Source: an uncultured bacterium
GTDB taxonomy: Bacteria > Krumholzibacteriota > Krumholzibacteriia > LZORAL124-64-63
Reading direction: 5' to 3'
NCBI GenBank assembly: GCA_963732385.1
Contig: CAVSZB010000005.1
Span: forward strand, 224,001 to 288,000
Length of the DNA: 64,000 nucleotides
Shown here: positions 48,156 to 58,934 of the stretch, in pieces
How the letters are laid out: the number at the start of each line of letters is the position of its first letter
How positions within the stretch are numbered: the first letter of the stretch is position 1
The notes under the pieces: model-generated
What the model saw: only the letters and a program-made list of their open reading frames with translations
Database searches by the model: none
Told to the model about the DNA's origin: nothing
Translations under genes and position numbers: made by a program

Positions 48156-49628
48156 GTGAACGTACTGCTCATCTCCCCCCGCAATCCCGACACCTTCTGG
48201 AGCTTCAAGCACGCGCTGCCGTTCGTGTCGAAGCGCTCCTCGCTGCCTCCGCTCGGCCTGCTCACCGTGGCCGGCCTGCTGCCACGGGCGTGGCATCTGG
48301 AACTCGTCGACCTCGACGTGGGCCGCCTGCGCGATGCGCAGATCCGCCGGGCAGACTGGGTGCTCGTGTCGGCGATGATCGTGCACGAACAGTCGGTGCG
48401 GGAAATCGCCCGCCGCTGCGCCGCGCTCGGCCGCCCCGTGATCGGCGGCGGCCCCCTCTTCACGACCGGCCACGAACGTTTTCCGGAGATCGGCCACTTC
48501 GTCCTGGGCGAAGCGGAAGAGCTGGCCGGCGAGCTGGCCGACGACATGACTGCGGGGCAGGTGCGCCGGGTTTACCGCGCGCCGCGCTTCCCGGATCTGG
48601 CCCTCGCGCCGGTCCCGCGCTGGGACCTCATCAAGCCGCGCCATTACGCCACGCTCGCGCTGCAGTCCTCGCGCGGCTGTCCCTACGACTGCGAATTCTG
48701 CGACATCGTGGTGATGAACGGCCACGTGCCGCGCGTCAAGACGCCGGCGCGGATGATCGCCGAGCTGGAGGCGCTGCGCGCCCGCGGCTGGCGCGGCGCG
48801 GTTTTCATCGTGGACGACAACTTTATCGGCAACAAGGCCGGCGTGAAGAAGATTCTCCGCGAGATCGTCGTTTGGCGCCGCCGCACACATTCCCCCTTTA
48901 CGTTTTTGACCGAAGCCTCGGTGAATCTGGCGGACGACGCGGAACTGCTGGGGCTGATGGTGGAGGCGGGCTTCAAGAAGGTCTTCCTGGGCCTCGAAAC
49001 GCCGGTGGCCGACAGTCTCGTCGAATGCCGCAAGTCGCAGAATGCCGGGCGCGATCTCGTGGCGGCCGTGCGGGTGATCCAGGCCGCCGGACTGGAGGTG
49101 ATGGGGGGCTTCATCATCGGCTTCGACAACGATCAGCCCGACATCTTCGAGCGCCAGTTCGAATTCATCCAGAAGGCCGGCGTGGCGACCGCGATGGTCG
49201 GCCTGCTGACGGCCCTCCCGCAGACCCGCCTCTGGAGACGGCTGGCCGGAGAAGGCCGGCTGCTGGGCGACAGCACGGGCGACAACACCAGCGCCGCCTT
49301 CAATTTCGTGCCGAAGCTGGACCGCGAGTATCTCATGGAGGGGTACCGTCGCCTCATGAAGCAGCTCTACGAGCCGCGGGCCTACTACCGGCGCGTGGGG
49401 GCGTTCCTGGAGAACTACCAGGCGCGCGGCCCCCGGGCGCGCCTGCTGCCCGCGGAGCTGGGCGCCCTGTTCAAGTCGCTGCTGATGAACGGCCTGATCC
49501 ACCGCGGGCGCCGCGCCTACTGGCGCTTCCTCGGCAGCACGCTGGTGCATCACCCCTCCAGCCTCGGCCTCGCCATCACGGCGGCCATCTACGGCCACCA
49601 CTTCCGCACCGTGGCCCGGCGCCTGTAG
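48156..49628 (+). CDS. B12-binding radical SAM protein (DUF4070 type)
   Basis: PDTFWS, PPLGLLTVA, RGCPYDCEFC, VDDNFIGN and GFIIGFD. Confidence 0.9.
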   Translation: MNVLLISPRNPDTFWSFKHALPFVSKRSSLPPLGLLTVAGLLPRAWHLELVDLDVGRLRDAQIRRADWVLVSAMIVHEQSVREIARRCAALGRPVIGGGPLFTTGHERFPEIGHFVLGEAEELAGELADDMTAGQVRRVYRAPRFPDLALAPVPRWDLIKPRHYATLALQSSRGCPYDCEFCDIVVMNGHVPRVKTPARMIAELEALRARGWRGAVFIVDDNFIGNKAGVKKILREIVVWRRRTHSPFTFLTEASVNLADDAELLGLMVEAGFKKVFLGLETPVADSLVECRKSQNAGRDLVAAVRVIQAAGLEVMGGFIIGFDNDQPDIFERQFEFIQKAGVATAMVGLLTALPQTRLWRRLAGEGRLLGDSTGDNTSAAFNFVPKLDREYLMEGYRRLMKQLYEPRAYYRRVGAFLENYQARGPRARLLPAELGALFKSLLMNGLIHRGRRAYWRFLGSTLVHHPSSLGLAITAAIYGHHFRTVARRL

Positions 49629-49718
49629 CGTCCGGCGGGGGCGGGAAGCAACCTTTCGGCCGCGGCGCGCGTCTAACGGCCGTCTGTCGCTTCCGGACCC
49701 CGTTCCGTGGAGGATGCC

Positions 49719-50414
49719 ATGCGCGCCCGATTCGTACTGCTGGCGGCCGCGGCCGCCCTGTTGCTTTTCGCCGCCCCGATCACCGCCGCCGACGAGCATT
49801 CGCTGTTCAAGGGGAGCCTCTTCTCCCGGGGCGAGAAGGGGAACGGCACCCTGGTCACCCGCCAGTTCGACGTTTCCGGTTTCGATCGGGTCGCGCTGGA
49901 CGGAGGCTTCGACGTGTACGTCAAGGTCGGCGGCGCGACCAACGTCACCGCCACGGTCGATGACAACATCGCCGACCTCTTCACGGCGGAAGTGGAGAAA
50001 GGGACCCTGCGCCTCGACTGGACGAAGGCGTGCCGTCCGAGCCGCAAGTGCCGCGTCGACGTGACCCTGCCGGATCTGCAGGGCTTCACGGTCAACGGCG
50101 CCGGCGACGTCGAAATCACCGGCGTCCGCGGGGCGCGGCTGGAGTTGAACATCACGGGCGCCGGGGACATGGAGGTCTCCGGCAGCATTGACGAGCTCGA
50201 GCTGGTGGTGTCCGGCGCCGGTGACGTGGAGGCCGGGGAACTGGCGGCGCAGGACGTCGAGGTGCGGGTCAGCGGCGCCGGCGACGCGACGGTGCGCGCC
50301 GCGCGCAGCCTCGACGCGAACGTCTCCGGAGTGGGCGAGATCACCTACCTGGGCGACCCGACCAAGGTGGAGACGCGCGTCAGCGGCGTGGGCGAAATCA
50401 ACCGCGGTCGCTGA
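49719..50414 (+). CDS. DUF2807 / head GIN domain beta-helix protein
   Basis: Signal peptide, GNG..VTR, repeated SGAGDV and YLGDP. Confidence 0.85.
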   Translation: MRARFVLLAAAAALLLFAAPITAADEHSLFKGSLFSRGEKGNGTLVTRQFDVSGFDRVALDGGFDVYVKVGGATNVTATVDDNIADLFTAEVEKGTLRLDWTKACRPSRKCRVDVTLPDLQGFTVNGAGDVEITGVRGARLELNITGAGDMEVSGSIDELELVVSGAGDVEAGELAAQDVEVRVSGAGDATVRAARSLDANVSGVGEITYLGDPTKVETRVSGVGEINRGR

Positions 50415-50496
50415 CGCGGGCAGGTCCCCGGTTCCCGGGCTGGCGCGGGGGTGCCCATGTGCTAGATTCGGGGCACCCCCCGACGTCAGGAGAGCC

Positions 50497-51405
50497 ATGC
50501 GCCGGCAAGTCGTGTCCGCGATCGTCCTGGGCGTCTGTTCGCTGCTGCTGGCCGCCGGCTGCGCCGGCCCGCGCCCGGCGATCACGCCCGAGCCCCCCGC
50601 GCCTCCCCGTGAAGGCATCCGCCCGCGCATCGGCCTGGCCCTCGGGGGCGGCGGAGCGCGCGGCTTCGCCCACATCGGCGCCCTGCGCGTGCTCGAGCAG
50701 GAGAAGATCCCGATCGACCTCGTGGTCGGCACCTCGGTGGGCAGCCTCGTCGGCGCCCTCTACGCCGACCAGGGGCGGGTGCTCGACGCCGAGCTGAGCG
50801 CCCTGACCGTGGGCGAGGAGGAGTTGTTCGACCAGACGATGATCCCGCTCTTCTCGGGCGGCCTCGTCAAGGGGAAGAAGCTTGAGGCGTTCCTGCGGAG
50901 CAACCTGAAGCACCCCCTCATCCAGAACATGGCCGTGCCGTTCGCGGCGGTCGCGGTCGATCTCGACACCGGCGAGACCGTGGTGTTCCGCACGGGCGAT
51001 GCCGCCTCCGCCGTGCACGCCTCGTGCGCCATCCCCGGAGTTTTCGTGCCGGTGACCATCGCCGGTCGCACCTTCGTCGACGGCGGCGTGACCAACCCGG
51101 TCCCGGCGAGCGTGGCCCGCGAGCTGGGCGCCGATCTGGTCATCGCCATGTCGGTGCCGCCGCCGGCGCCCAAGCCGGCTTCGCGCAACCAGGTCTCCGT
51201 GGCCTACCACTCCATCTCGATCATGGCGGCCGAAATCGGGCGCCTGCGCGCCGACGAGGCCGACGTGGTGATCGCCACGGAGGTCGGCAAGGTCGACTTC
51301 GACGACTTCTCGCAGAAGCGCCGCCTGATCGAGGCGGGCGAGGCGGCCGCGCGCGCGGCGCTGCCGGCGATCCGCGCGGCGATCGAGGCGAAGACGCGCT
51401 ACTGA
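50497..51405 (+). CDS. patatin-like phospholipase (lipoprotein)
   Basis: Lipobox LAAGC, GGGARG, GTSVG and DGG. Confidence 0.9.
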   Translation: MRRQVVSAIVLGVCSLLLAAGCAGPRPAITPEPPAPPREGIRPRIGLALGGGGARGFAHIGALRVLEQEKIPIDLVVGTSVGSLVGALYADQGRVLDAELSALTVGEEELFDQTMIPLFSGGLVKGKKLEAFLRSNLKHPLIQNMAVPFAAVAVDLDTGETVVFRTGDAASAVHASCAIPGVFVPVTIAGRTFVDGGVTNPVPASVARELGADLVIAMSVPPPAPKPASRNQVSVAYHSISIMAAEIGRLRADEADVVIATEVGKVDFDDFSQKRRLIEAGEAAARAALPAIRAAIEAKTRY

Positions 51406-51427
51406 GCGGGCGGGCGGCGCCGCCCGC

Positions 51428-53800
51428 TCACTCCGCCTCGCCGTGCTCGGTGCGGGCGATGATCTCGTCCTGCAGCGCCGGGCCCAGGTCGCAGAAGTAA
51501 TCGCTGTAGCCGGCCACCCGCACGATCAGGTCACGGTGCTCCTCCGGACGCGCCCGCGCGGCGCGCAGGGTGGCGCCATCGACGACGTTGAACTGGACGT
51601 GGTGTCCGCCAAGCCGGAAGTAGCCGCGCACGAGGCGCGCCAGCGCCGCCAGGCCGGCGTCGTCGGCAAGCAGGCGCGGCGTGAACTTCTGGTTGAGCAG
51701 CGTGCCTCCGGTGCGCTCGTGGTCGAGCTTCGCCGCCGAGCGCAGGACCGCCGTCGGCCCGTGGCGGTCGGCCCCCTGCACCGGCGAGATCCCCTCCGAC
51801 AGCGGAGTCCCGGCGCGCCGCCCGTCCGGCGTGGCCCCGGTCACGGAGCCGAAGTGGACGTGCACCGTGGTCGGCAGCAGGTTCACGTGGCAGGCGCCGC
51901 CGCGCGCGTTGGGCCGCCCGTCGATCGCCGCGAAGTACGCCTCGAACACCATCCGCATCACGTCGTCGGCCGTGTCGTCGTCGTTTCCGTACTTCGGCGT
52001 GCGGTTCACCAGCCGCTGGCGCAGCGCCTCCCGCCCGGAAAAATCGGCGGCAAGCGCCGCGCGCAGGTCCGCCATGCTCATCGCGCCCCGGGTCCAGACC
52101 TGGTGGCGCAGCGCGACGAGCGAGTCGGTGATCGTGCCGAGCCCCACCCCCTGGATGTACGAGGTGTTGTAGCGCGCGCCGCCGTCGTGGTAGTCGCGTC
52201 CGGTGGCGATGCAGTCGTCGATCAGCAGCGACAGGAACGGGGCCGGCATCCGCGCGGCGTACAGCCGCTCGATGACCGTGTTGCCGGCGATCTTCAGGTC
52301 CGTGAAGTGGCGCAGCTGCGTGGTGAAGGCAGCGAACAGCGCGTCGAACGAGACGAACCGGTCCGGGTCGCCGGTGGACGGACCGAGCCGCCGGCCGGAG
52401 CGCGGGTCGAGGCCATCGTGGAGCGCGATCTCGAGCACCTTGGGCAGATTGAAGTAGCCCGTCAGGTTGTAGTTCTCGCGACCGAACGCCCCCACCTCGA
52501 CGCAGCCGCTCGAACCGCCGGCGCGAGCGTCCGCGAGGGTCTTGCCCTGGCGCAGCAGCTCCCGCACGATCAGGTCGGCGTTGAACAGCGACGGCTGTCC
52601 GAAACCGGTCCGGATGATGCGCGCCGCCCGGGCCAGGAAGCGGTCGGGCGTGAGCGTGCTCAACTGAGCCGAACTGCCGGGCTGGAGCAGGCGCATCTCC
52701 TCGATCACGTCGAGCAGCAGGTACGAGACCTCGCTCACGGCGTCGGCGCCGTCGGGGCGCAGCCCCCCGACGTTGATCTGCGCGAAGTCGTTGTAGGTGC
52801 CGCTCTCGGCCGCCGTGACCCCGGTCTTCGGCGGCGCCGGCTGATTGTTGAACTTGATCCAGAAGCACTGGAGCAGCTCCTCGGCGGCGGCGCGCGTGAG
52901 CGTGCCGTCGGCCAGGCCGCGCGCGTAGAACGGCTCGAGGTGCTGGTCGAGGTGGCCGGGACAGAAGGCATCCCAGGTGTTCAGCTCCATGGTCACGCCG
53001 AGGTGGCAGAACCAGTACGCCTGCAGCGCCTCGTGGAAATCGCGCGGGGCGCGCGCCGGCACCCGCTCGCAGACCGCGACGATCCGCAGCAGCTCGGCGC
53101 GACGCGCCGCGTCGGGCGCCGCGGCCGACAGCACGCGCGCCTGCTCGGCGTGCCGCCGCGCGAGCAGCACCACCGCCTCGGCGCAGATCAGCATCGCCTC
53201 GCGCTGCTGCCTCCGGGCGGCGGCGGCCCCGTCGCCCGGCGGATCGGGCGCGGCGAGCAGCCCCCGCAGGTCGTCGGCAAAATCGAGCAGGCCGCGGCGG
53301 TAGATCTTGTCGTCGAGCACGGTATGGCCGGGCGCGCGCTGCTCCATGAACTCCGTGAAGACCCCCGCCGCGTACGCCTCCCGCCAGCCGTCGGTCATGG
53401 CGTCGAAGATGAGGTCGCGCATCGAGCGGCCGCGCCAGTACGGGATGATGTCGCGGGCCTGGACCTCGCGGGCGCGCGGGTCGACCCGGAACGGGATCTT
53501 CTCGCGCGAATCGAGGAGATCGAAATCCTCGAGACTGTGGCAGCACAGCTCCGGATAGGTCGGCGCGGCCTTCGGCGCGGGTCCCTTCTCCCCCACGATC
53601 AGTTCGTCCTCGCCGATCCAGATCGTGCGCCGCTCCACCAGGTGGTGGAAAGCGAGCGCCCGCTGCACCGGCACCGACACGGCGCCGCCGCCCCCGCCGC
53701 GATAGAACTCCGTGATGATTTCCGCCCGCTCCGTGGAGAGGCTCGGCACCGCCGCGAGGCTGCGCGCCCGCAGCCGTTCCACGCGTCCGGTCATCGCCAT
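51428..53800 (-). CDS. hypD: glycyl radical enzyme, trans-4-hydroxy-L-proline dehydratase-like
   Basis: FMEQRAPGH, ELN.WDAF.PG.LDQ, ES.TY.DF, SGCVE and the RVAGYS glycyl motif. Confidence 0.8.
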   Translation of the reverse strand: MAMTGRVERLRARSLAAVPSLSTERAEIITEFYRGGGGGAVSVPVQRALAFHHLVERRTIWIGEDELIVGEKGPAPKAAPTYPELCCHSLEDFDLLDSREKIPFRVDPRAREVQARDIIPYWRGRSMRDLIFDAMTDGWREAYAAGVFTEFMEQRAPGHTVLDDKIYRRGLLDFADDLRGLLAAPDPPGDGAAAARRQQREAMLICAEAVVLLARRHAEQARVLSAAAPDAARRAELLRIVAVCERVPARAPRDFHEALQAYWFCHLGVTMELNTWDAFCPGHLDQHLEPFYARGLADGTLTRAAAEELLQCFWIKFNNQPAPPKTGVTAAESGTYNDFAQINVGGLRPDGADAVSEVSYLLLDVIEEMRLLQPGSSAQLSTLTPDRFLARAARIIRTGFGQPSLFNADLIVRELLRQGKTLADARAGGSSGCVEVGAFGRENYNLTGYFNLPKVLEIALHDGLDPRSGRRLGPSTGDPDRFVSFDALFAAFTTQLRHFTDLKIAGNTVIERLYAARMPAPFLSLLIDDCIATGRDYHDGGARYNTSYIQGVGLGTITDSLVALRHQVWTRGAMSMADLRAALAADFSGREALRQRLVNRTPKYGNDDDTADDVMRMVFEAYFAAIDGRPNARGGACHVNLLPTTVHVHFGSVTGATPDGRRAGTPLSEGISPVQGADRHGPTAVLRSAAKLDHERTGGTLLNQKFTPRLLADDAGLAALARLVRGYFRLGGHHVQFNVVDGATLRAARARPEEHRDLIVRVAGYSDYFCDLGPALQDEIIARTEHGEAE

Positions 53801-53804
53801 GCGC

Positions 53805-54716
53805 TCACGCTCCCGTGCCGACGGTCAGCCCGTGACCGCGCAGGATCGCGGCGATCTCCTGCACGCGCTCCGGGCTGGGCGTGCGCAGCACCACCGTCGC
53901 CTCGCGCCCCACGCGCGGATACTTGTCCGCGCCGAGCGGGTGGTACGGCAGCAGCGCCACCCGCTCCAGCCCCGGCAGACCCGCGGCCAGGAGGGCCGCG
54001 CGGCTCACGTTGTCGTCGTCGTCGTTCACCCCGGGCAGGACCGGCATCCGCAGCACGATCCGATGGCCCGCGGCCGCCAGCGCCCGCAGGTTCGCCAGGA
54101 TCGACGCATTGCTCACGCCGGTGTATAGCCGGTGGCGGTCATCGTCGACCAGCTTGAGATCGTAGAGGAACAGGTCGACGAACGGCCGCACGCGATCGAG
54201 CGCCTCCCAGGGGCCGTAGCCGGAGGTGTCGAGCGCGGTGTGCAGTTCGCGGGCGCGGGCCTCGCGCAGCAGGGCGAGCAGGAACTCCGGCTGGTGCAGC
54301 GGTTCGCCGCCCGAGACGGTCATGCCGCCCTGCGACTCCAGGTAGAACGGGCGGTCGCGCTCGACCTCGGCCAGCACGTCGTCCACCGTCATCGTGCGAC
54401 CGGCGATCTCGCGCGCCCCGGTGGGACAGGAATCGACGCAGTCGCCGCAGCGGACGCAGAGCTGCCGGTCCGTGGCCGGCGACTCCTCCTGCCAGGTGAC
54501 CGCCCCGTGATCGCATGCGTCCACGCAGGCGCCGCAGCGCAGGCAGCGGCCGGCCCGCAACACCGGCTCCGGCTCGTCCGCCAGCCCCTCCGGGTTGTGG
54601 CACCACGCGCAGAGCAGCGGACAGCCCTTCAGGAACACGGTCGTGCGGATGCCCGGGCCGTCGTGGATGGCGAAACGCCGGATGTCGAAGACCGATCCGG
54701 TGACCAGCGCCACCAC
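53805..54716 (-). CDS. glycyl-radical enzyme activating radical SAM protein with ferredoxin insert
   Basis: HDGPGIRTTVFLKGCPL.C.WCHNPE, two CxxCxxCxxxC motifs and SGGEP. Confidence 0.93.
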   Translation of the reverse strand: MVALVTGSVFDIRRFAIHDGPGIRTTVFLKGCPLLCAWCHNPEGLADEPEPVLRAGRCLRCGACVDACDHGAVTWQEESPATDRQLCVRCGDCVDSCPTGAREIAGRTMTVDDVLAEVERDRPFYLESQGGMTVSGGEPLHQPEFLLALLREARARELHTALDTSGYGPWEALDRVRPFVDLFLYDLKLVDDDRHRLYTGVSNASILANLRALAAAGHRIVLRMPVLPGVNDDDDNVSRAALLAAGLPGLERVALLPYHPLGADKYPRVGREATVVLRTPSPERVQEIAAILRGHGLTVGTGA

Positions 54717-54940
54717 CTCCGTGGGGGCGAGATGGCGGGGGCGAATCCCCGCCGCCGCCCATTCTAGCAGACGCCGGGCCGGATGAGGCAGCCGTTTCGC
54801 TGTCGCCCCCCTGCACGGTGCGCGGTGACAGACGGCCCGAATACCCCTATGCTGGCCCCTCGCGGAGCCGCCGGCTCCCGCGGCGGGAGGGGCGCTCCCC
54901 CGCCGGATCGCGAACGGAATCGGGGAGGAACGGAACGGGC

Positions 54941-55885
54941 ATGTTTGTCACCGAGCACCTGGCGCGCGCCAGCAGCACCCTGTTCAGCTACGAGATCATC
55001 CCGCCGCCCCGGGGCCGCAGCGCCCAGGAGATCCTCGCCATCGTCGAGCAGGTCCGGCCCTACGCCCCCCCGTTCATCGACGTGACCAGCCACTCCGCCG
55101 AGGCTTCGTACGAGGAGAGCGGCGACGGCACGATCCGCCGACGCGTGCGCAAGAAGCGCCCCGGCACGATCAGCATCTGCGGCATCATCCAGAACCGCTA
55201 CGGGATCGACACCGTCCCCCACCTCCTCTGCCGCGGCTTCACGCGCGAGGAGACCGAGGACGCGATGATCGAACTCGCCTTCCTGGGGATCAACAACGTG
55301 CTGGCCATCCGCGGCGACGAAACCAACTACCACAAGATGATCGGGGCGCACCGCACCGCGAATATCTGGGCCGGCGAACTGGTGGAACAACTGGACGGCC
55401 TGCGCCACGGCCGCTACCTCGAGGACATCGCCAACAGCGATCCGATGCCGCTCTGCATCGGCGTGGGGGGCTATCCCGAGAAGCACGTGGAAGCGCCGAA
55501 TCTGAAAACCGACGCGGGCCATCTCCGCAGCAAGATCGACGCCGGCGCCGACTACGTGGTCACGCAGATGTTCTTCGACAACGCTCACTTCCTCCGTTTC
55601 GCGGCTTCCTGCCGCGAAACGGGGATCGGCGTGCCGCTCATCCCCGGCATCAAGGTGCTGACCCGGCCGCGCCAGCTCACCACGCTCTCCCGCGACTTCC
55701 ACGTCAACTTCCCCGAGGCGCTGGCCGACGAGGTGGCCGCCAACCCGACGCACGCCCAGGAGATCGGGATCCGCTGGGCGACGGAGCAGGTGCAGGGCCT
55801 GATCGCCGCCGGCGCCCCGTGCATCCACTTCTACGTGATGAACGATGCCAGTGCCGTGATCGAGGTCATCCGGCGGCTGGGCTGA
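54941..55885 (+). CDS. metF: methylenetetrahydrofolate reductase
   Basis: [35 protein letters not shown] and HFYVMN. Confidence 0.92.
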   Translation: MFVTEHLARASSTLFSYEIIPPPRGRSAQEILAIVEQVRPYAPPFIDVTSHSAEASYEESGDGTIRRRVRKKRPGTISICGIIQNRYGIDTVPHLLCRGFTREETEDAMIELAFLGINNVLAIRGDETNYHKMIGAHRTANIWAGELVEQLDGLRHGRYLEDIANSDPMPLCIGVGGYPEKHVEAPNLKTDAGHLRSKIDAGADYVVTQMFFDNAHFLRFAASCRETGIGVPLIPGIKVLTRPRQLTTLSRDFHVNFPEALADEVAANPTHAQEIGIRWATEQVQGLIAAGAPCIHFYVMNDASAVIEVIRRLG

Positions 55886-56960
55886 CCATTTCCTCGCGGG
55901 CAAAATACCGGCGTTTCAGCCGGAGCGACACGTTGACCAGCCCGATCAGCGCCGGCACCTCCACCAACGGCCCGATCACTGCGGCGAACGCCGCCCCGCT
56001 GTCGATCCCGAACGTGGCGATGGCAACGGCGATCGCCAGCTCGAAATTGTTCGACGCGGCCGTGAACGAGAGGGTGGCCGTCTGGCCGTAGGTCGCCCCC
56101 ACCCTCCGGCTCATGAAGAACGAGACGAAGAACATCAGCACGAAGTAGATGAGCAGCGGAATCGCGATCCGCACCACGTCCAGCGGCAGCCGGACGATGT
56201 ATTCCCCCTTGAGCGAGAACATCACCACGATGGTGAACAGCAGCGCCACCAGCGTGAGCGGGCTGATCCTCGGGATGAACTTCCGGTCGTACCAGCACCG
56301 CCCCTTCAGCCTGATCAGCGAAAACCGGGTGGCGATGCCGGCCAGAAACGGGATGCCCAGATAGATGAACACGCTCCTGGCGATCTCGCCGATGGTCACG
56401 TTGACCGCCACTCCCCGCAGCCCGAACCAGGTCGGCAGCACCGTGATGAACACCCAGGCGTAGACCGAGTAGAACAGCACCTGGAAGATCGAGTTGAAGG
56501 CGACGAGCCCCGCGCAATACTCGCTGTCGCCCTTCGCCAGGTCGTTCCAGACGATCACCATGGCGATGCAGCGCGCCAGACCGATCATGATCAGCCCGAC
56601 CATATACTCCGGCCGGTCGCGCAGGAACAGGATCGCCAGGGCGAACATCAGGATCGGCCCGACGATCCAGTTCTGCACCAGCGACAGGCCGAGCACCCGG
56701 AAATCGCGGAAGACCGGCCCCAGCTTCTCGTAGCGGACCTTCGCCAGCGGCGGATACATCATGAGGATCAGCCCGACGGCGATCGGGATGGAGGTCGTAC
56801 CCGCATTGAACCGGTTCAAAAGCGGCACCACGCCGGGAAACAGCGACCCGGCGACCACACCGACAGCCATGGCGAGGAAGATCCAGAGCGTGAGGAAACG
56901 GTCGAGAAACGACAGGCGGCGCGCGACGCCCTGCGTGGATCGCTCGACGACATGAGTCAC
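55866..56960 (-). CDS. acr3: ACR3 family arsenite efflux transporter
   Basis: [39 protein letters not shown] and GPLVEVP. Confidence 0.93.
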   Translation of the reverse strand: MTHVVERSTQGVARRLSFLDRFLTLWIFLAMAVGVVAGSLFPGVVPLLNRFNAGTTSIPIAVGLILMMYPPLAKVRYEKLGPVFRDFRVLGLSLVQNWIVGPILMFALAILFLRDRPEYMVGLIMIGLARCIAMVIVWNDLAKGDSEYCAGLVAFNSIFQVLFYSVYAWVFITVLPTWFGLRGVAVNVTIGEIARSVFIYLGIPFLAGIATRFSLIRLKGRCWYDRKFIPRISPLTLVALLFTIVVMFSLKGEYIVRLPLDVVRIAIPLLIYFVLMFFVSFFMSRRVGATYGQTATLSFTAASNNFELAIAVAIATFGIDSGAAFAAVIGPLVEVPALIGLVNVSLRLKRRYFAREEMVSPAAG

Positions 56961-57081
56961 CGGACCTCTCCTTTCCCGGCTCCCGCAGGATCCGGCGTGG
57001 TGCCAAGAGCTTCGCCCACCTCCGCGATCGTGACCCACGATGGCTGGATCGCTCAAGAGCAGGTTTGACCCGGTCGGACAA

Positions 57082-57097
57082 TTGGTTATATTGCCAA
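57082..57097. promoter_or_regulatory. putative ArsR operator
   Basis: Imperfect palindrome TTGGT-TATATT-GCCAA between divergent acr3 and arsR. Confidence 0.55.
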
Positions 57098-57141
57098 GTA
57101 GCCAAGACAGTCAAGACAGCAGTCCTGGGGAGGACCTCGCC

Positions 57142-57462
57142 ATGGACCAGCAGACCCTGTCCCGCTACGAAGCGAGGGCGCATGTGATCAAGGCCCTCGC
57201 CCACCCGACCCGGCTCTTCATCGTCGATGAGCTTTCGCGCGGCGAGCGCTGCGTCTGCGAACTGCGCGATCTGGTAGGGGCGGACCTGAGCACGGTCTCG
57301 AAGCATCTCACCCTCCTCAAGGGGGCCGGCATCCTGACGGACAGCAAGCGCGGGGCGCAGGTCTTCTACAGTCTGCGGGTGCCGTGCGTGCTCAACTTCT
57401 TCGGCTGCGTGGAGGCCGTGCTCCAGGCGACCGCGGCGCAGGCTGTCGAAGTGACGAGGTAG
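57142..57462 (+). CDS. arsR: ArsR/SmtB family repressor
   Basis: KALAHPTRL, ERCVCEL and STVSKHL. Confidence 0.92.
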   Translation: MDQQTLSRYEARAHVIKALAHPTRLFIVDELSRGERCVCELRDLVGADLSTVSKHLTLLKGAGILTDSKRGAQVFYSLRVPCVLNFFGCVEAVLQATAAQAVEVTR

Positions 57463-57464
57463 CC

Positions 57465-58556
57465 ATGCCAGAGCCCCTGGAACCGATCCGGAAGTCCCCG
57501 GAGCCGCTCGCGGCCATCGCCAGGCCCCGGCGGCGGCAGGTCGTGTCGCGGCTGGCCCTCCTGTTCATCGGGGCGGCCATCTGGTGGCTGGTGTACGGCA
57601 GGCTCGATCCGTTCGCCAGGTGGTTCACATACGGTCTGCTCGGGATGGACGCGGGCAGCCGCCTCTCGCTGGCGATCGAGTTCTTCGTCTTTGAGGCGCC
57701 CAAGGTCCTGATGCTGTTGACGCTGGTCGTCTTCGGGGTGGGGATCGTGCGCTCGTTCTTCACGCCGGAGCGGACGCGGCGCATCCTCGCCGGCAGGCGG
57801 GAGACGCTGGGCAACGTGCTGGCCGCCATGCTCGGCGTGGTGACCCCTTTCTGCTCCTGCTCCGCGGTGCCGCTGTTCATCGGTTTCGTCACCACGGGGG
57901 TCCCGCTCGGGGTGACGTTCTCGTTCCTCATCGCCGCGCCGATGATCAACGAGGTCGCGCTGGTGTTGCTGTTCGGACTGTTCGGCTGGCAGGTCGCCGC
58001 GCTTTACGCGGTGACCGGCCTCGTCATCGCGATCATGGCCGGGTGGGTCATCGGTCGTCTGCGCCTCGAACGCTGGGTCGAGGCGTGGGTCTACGGGACG
58101 ACGGCAGGCGTGGGGCAGGTCGGCGCCGAGACACCACTGACCTGGAGCGATCGGGTACGCTTCGGCCGTGACGCCGTGAAGGACATCGTCGGCAAAGTGT
58201 GGCCCTATGTGCTGGCCGGCATCGCCGTCGGAGCCGGCATCCACGGCTACGTCCCGCAGGATTTCATGGCTTCCTTCATGGGCAAGGGAGTCTGGTGGTC
58301 CGTCCCCCTCGCCGTATTGATCGGCATCCCGATGTATTCGAACGCGGCCGGCATCATCCCCATCGTGCAGGCCCTGCTCGAAAAGGGCGCGGCGCTCGGC
58401 ACCGTGCTCGCGTTCATGATGGCGGTCATCGGGCTTTCGCTGCCCGAGATGGTCATCCTGCGCAAGGTCCTGAAGATTCCGCTCGTAGTGACTTTCGCGG
58501 GCGTGGTGGGCGGCGGGATCCTGATCGTGGGCTTCCTGTTCAACCTCGTCCTGTGA
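57465..58556 (+). CDS. arsP: ArsP/DUF318 permease
   Basis: TPFCSCSAVPLFIG, P.Y.NAAG and LSLPEM. Confidence 0.88.
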   Translation: MPEPLEPIRKSPEPLAAIARPRRRQVVSRLALLFIGAAIWWLVYGRLDPFARWFTYGLLGMDAGSRLSLAIEFFVFEAPKVLMLLTLVVFGVGIVRSFFTPERTRRILAGRRETLGNVLAAMLGVVTPFCSCSAVPLFIGFVTTGVPLGVTFSFLIAAPMINEVALVLLFGLFGWQVAALYAVTGLVIAIMAGWVIGRLRLERWVEAWVYGTTAGVGQVGAETPLTWSDRVRFGRDAVKDIVGKVWPYVLAGIAVGAGIHGYVPQDFMASFMGKGVWWSVPLAVLIGIPMYSNAAGIIPIVQALLEKGAALGTVLAFMMAVIGLSLPEMVILRKVLKIPLVVTFAGVVGGGILIVGFLFNLVL

Positions 58557-58614
58557 CCGGATCCCGGTCGAGGAAGGCGCGGCGAGCGGCCGCGCATTGT
58601 CGGGGAGGTTTTCC

Positions 58615-58848
58615 GTGACCACTCTTCTGATCCTGGGCACCGGCTGCCCCAAGTGCAAGAAGCTGGCCGAGCACGCGGATACGGCCGCCCGGGAGCTGGG
58701 GCTGGATTTCAACCTGGTCAAGGTGACCGACATCCAGGCCATCCTGGGGTATGGCGTCATGATGACCCCCGCGTTGGTGGTCAACGACGTGGTCAAGTGT
58801 GCGGGCAAACTGCCAAGCGTGGAAGAGATCAAGAAAATGCTGGTCTGA
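58615..58848 (+). CDS. small thioredoxin-like redox-active disulfide protein (MTH895/TM0996 type)
   Basis: LGTGCPKC and YGVMMTPALVV. Confidence 0.9.
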   Translation: MTTLLILGTGCPKCKKLAEHADTAARELGLDFNLVKVTDIQAILGYGVMMTPALVVNDVVKCAGKLPSVEEIKKMLV

Positions 58849-58934
58849 AGGACAGGAACCCCCGCCGGGAGTGGCGCGCGCGTAGTGACGGCGGGCAGTC
58901 AACTGATCAACGATTTCGACAAGGAGTCGCAGAC

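Noticed and set aside
54717..54940. SAM riboswitch upstream of metF (also checked 21629-21767)
   Set aside because: No SAM-I or SAM-II consensus is recognisable.
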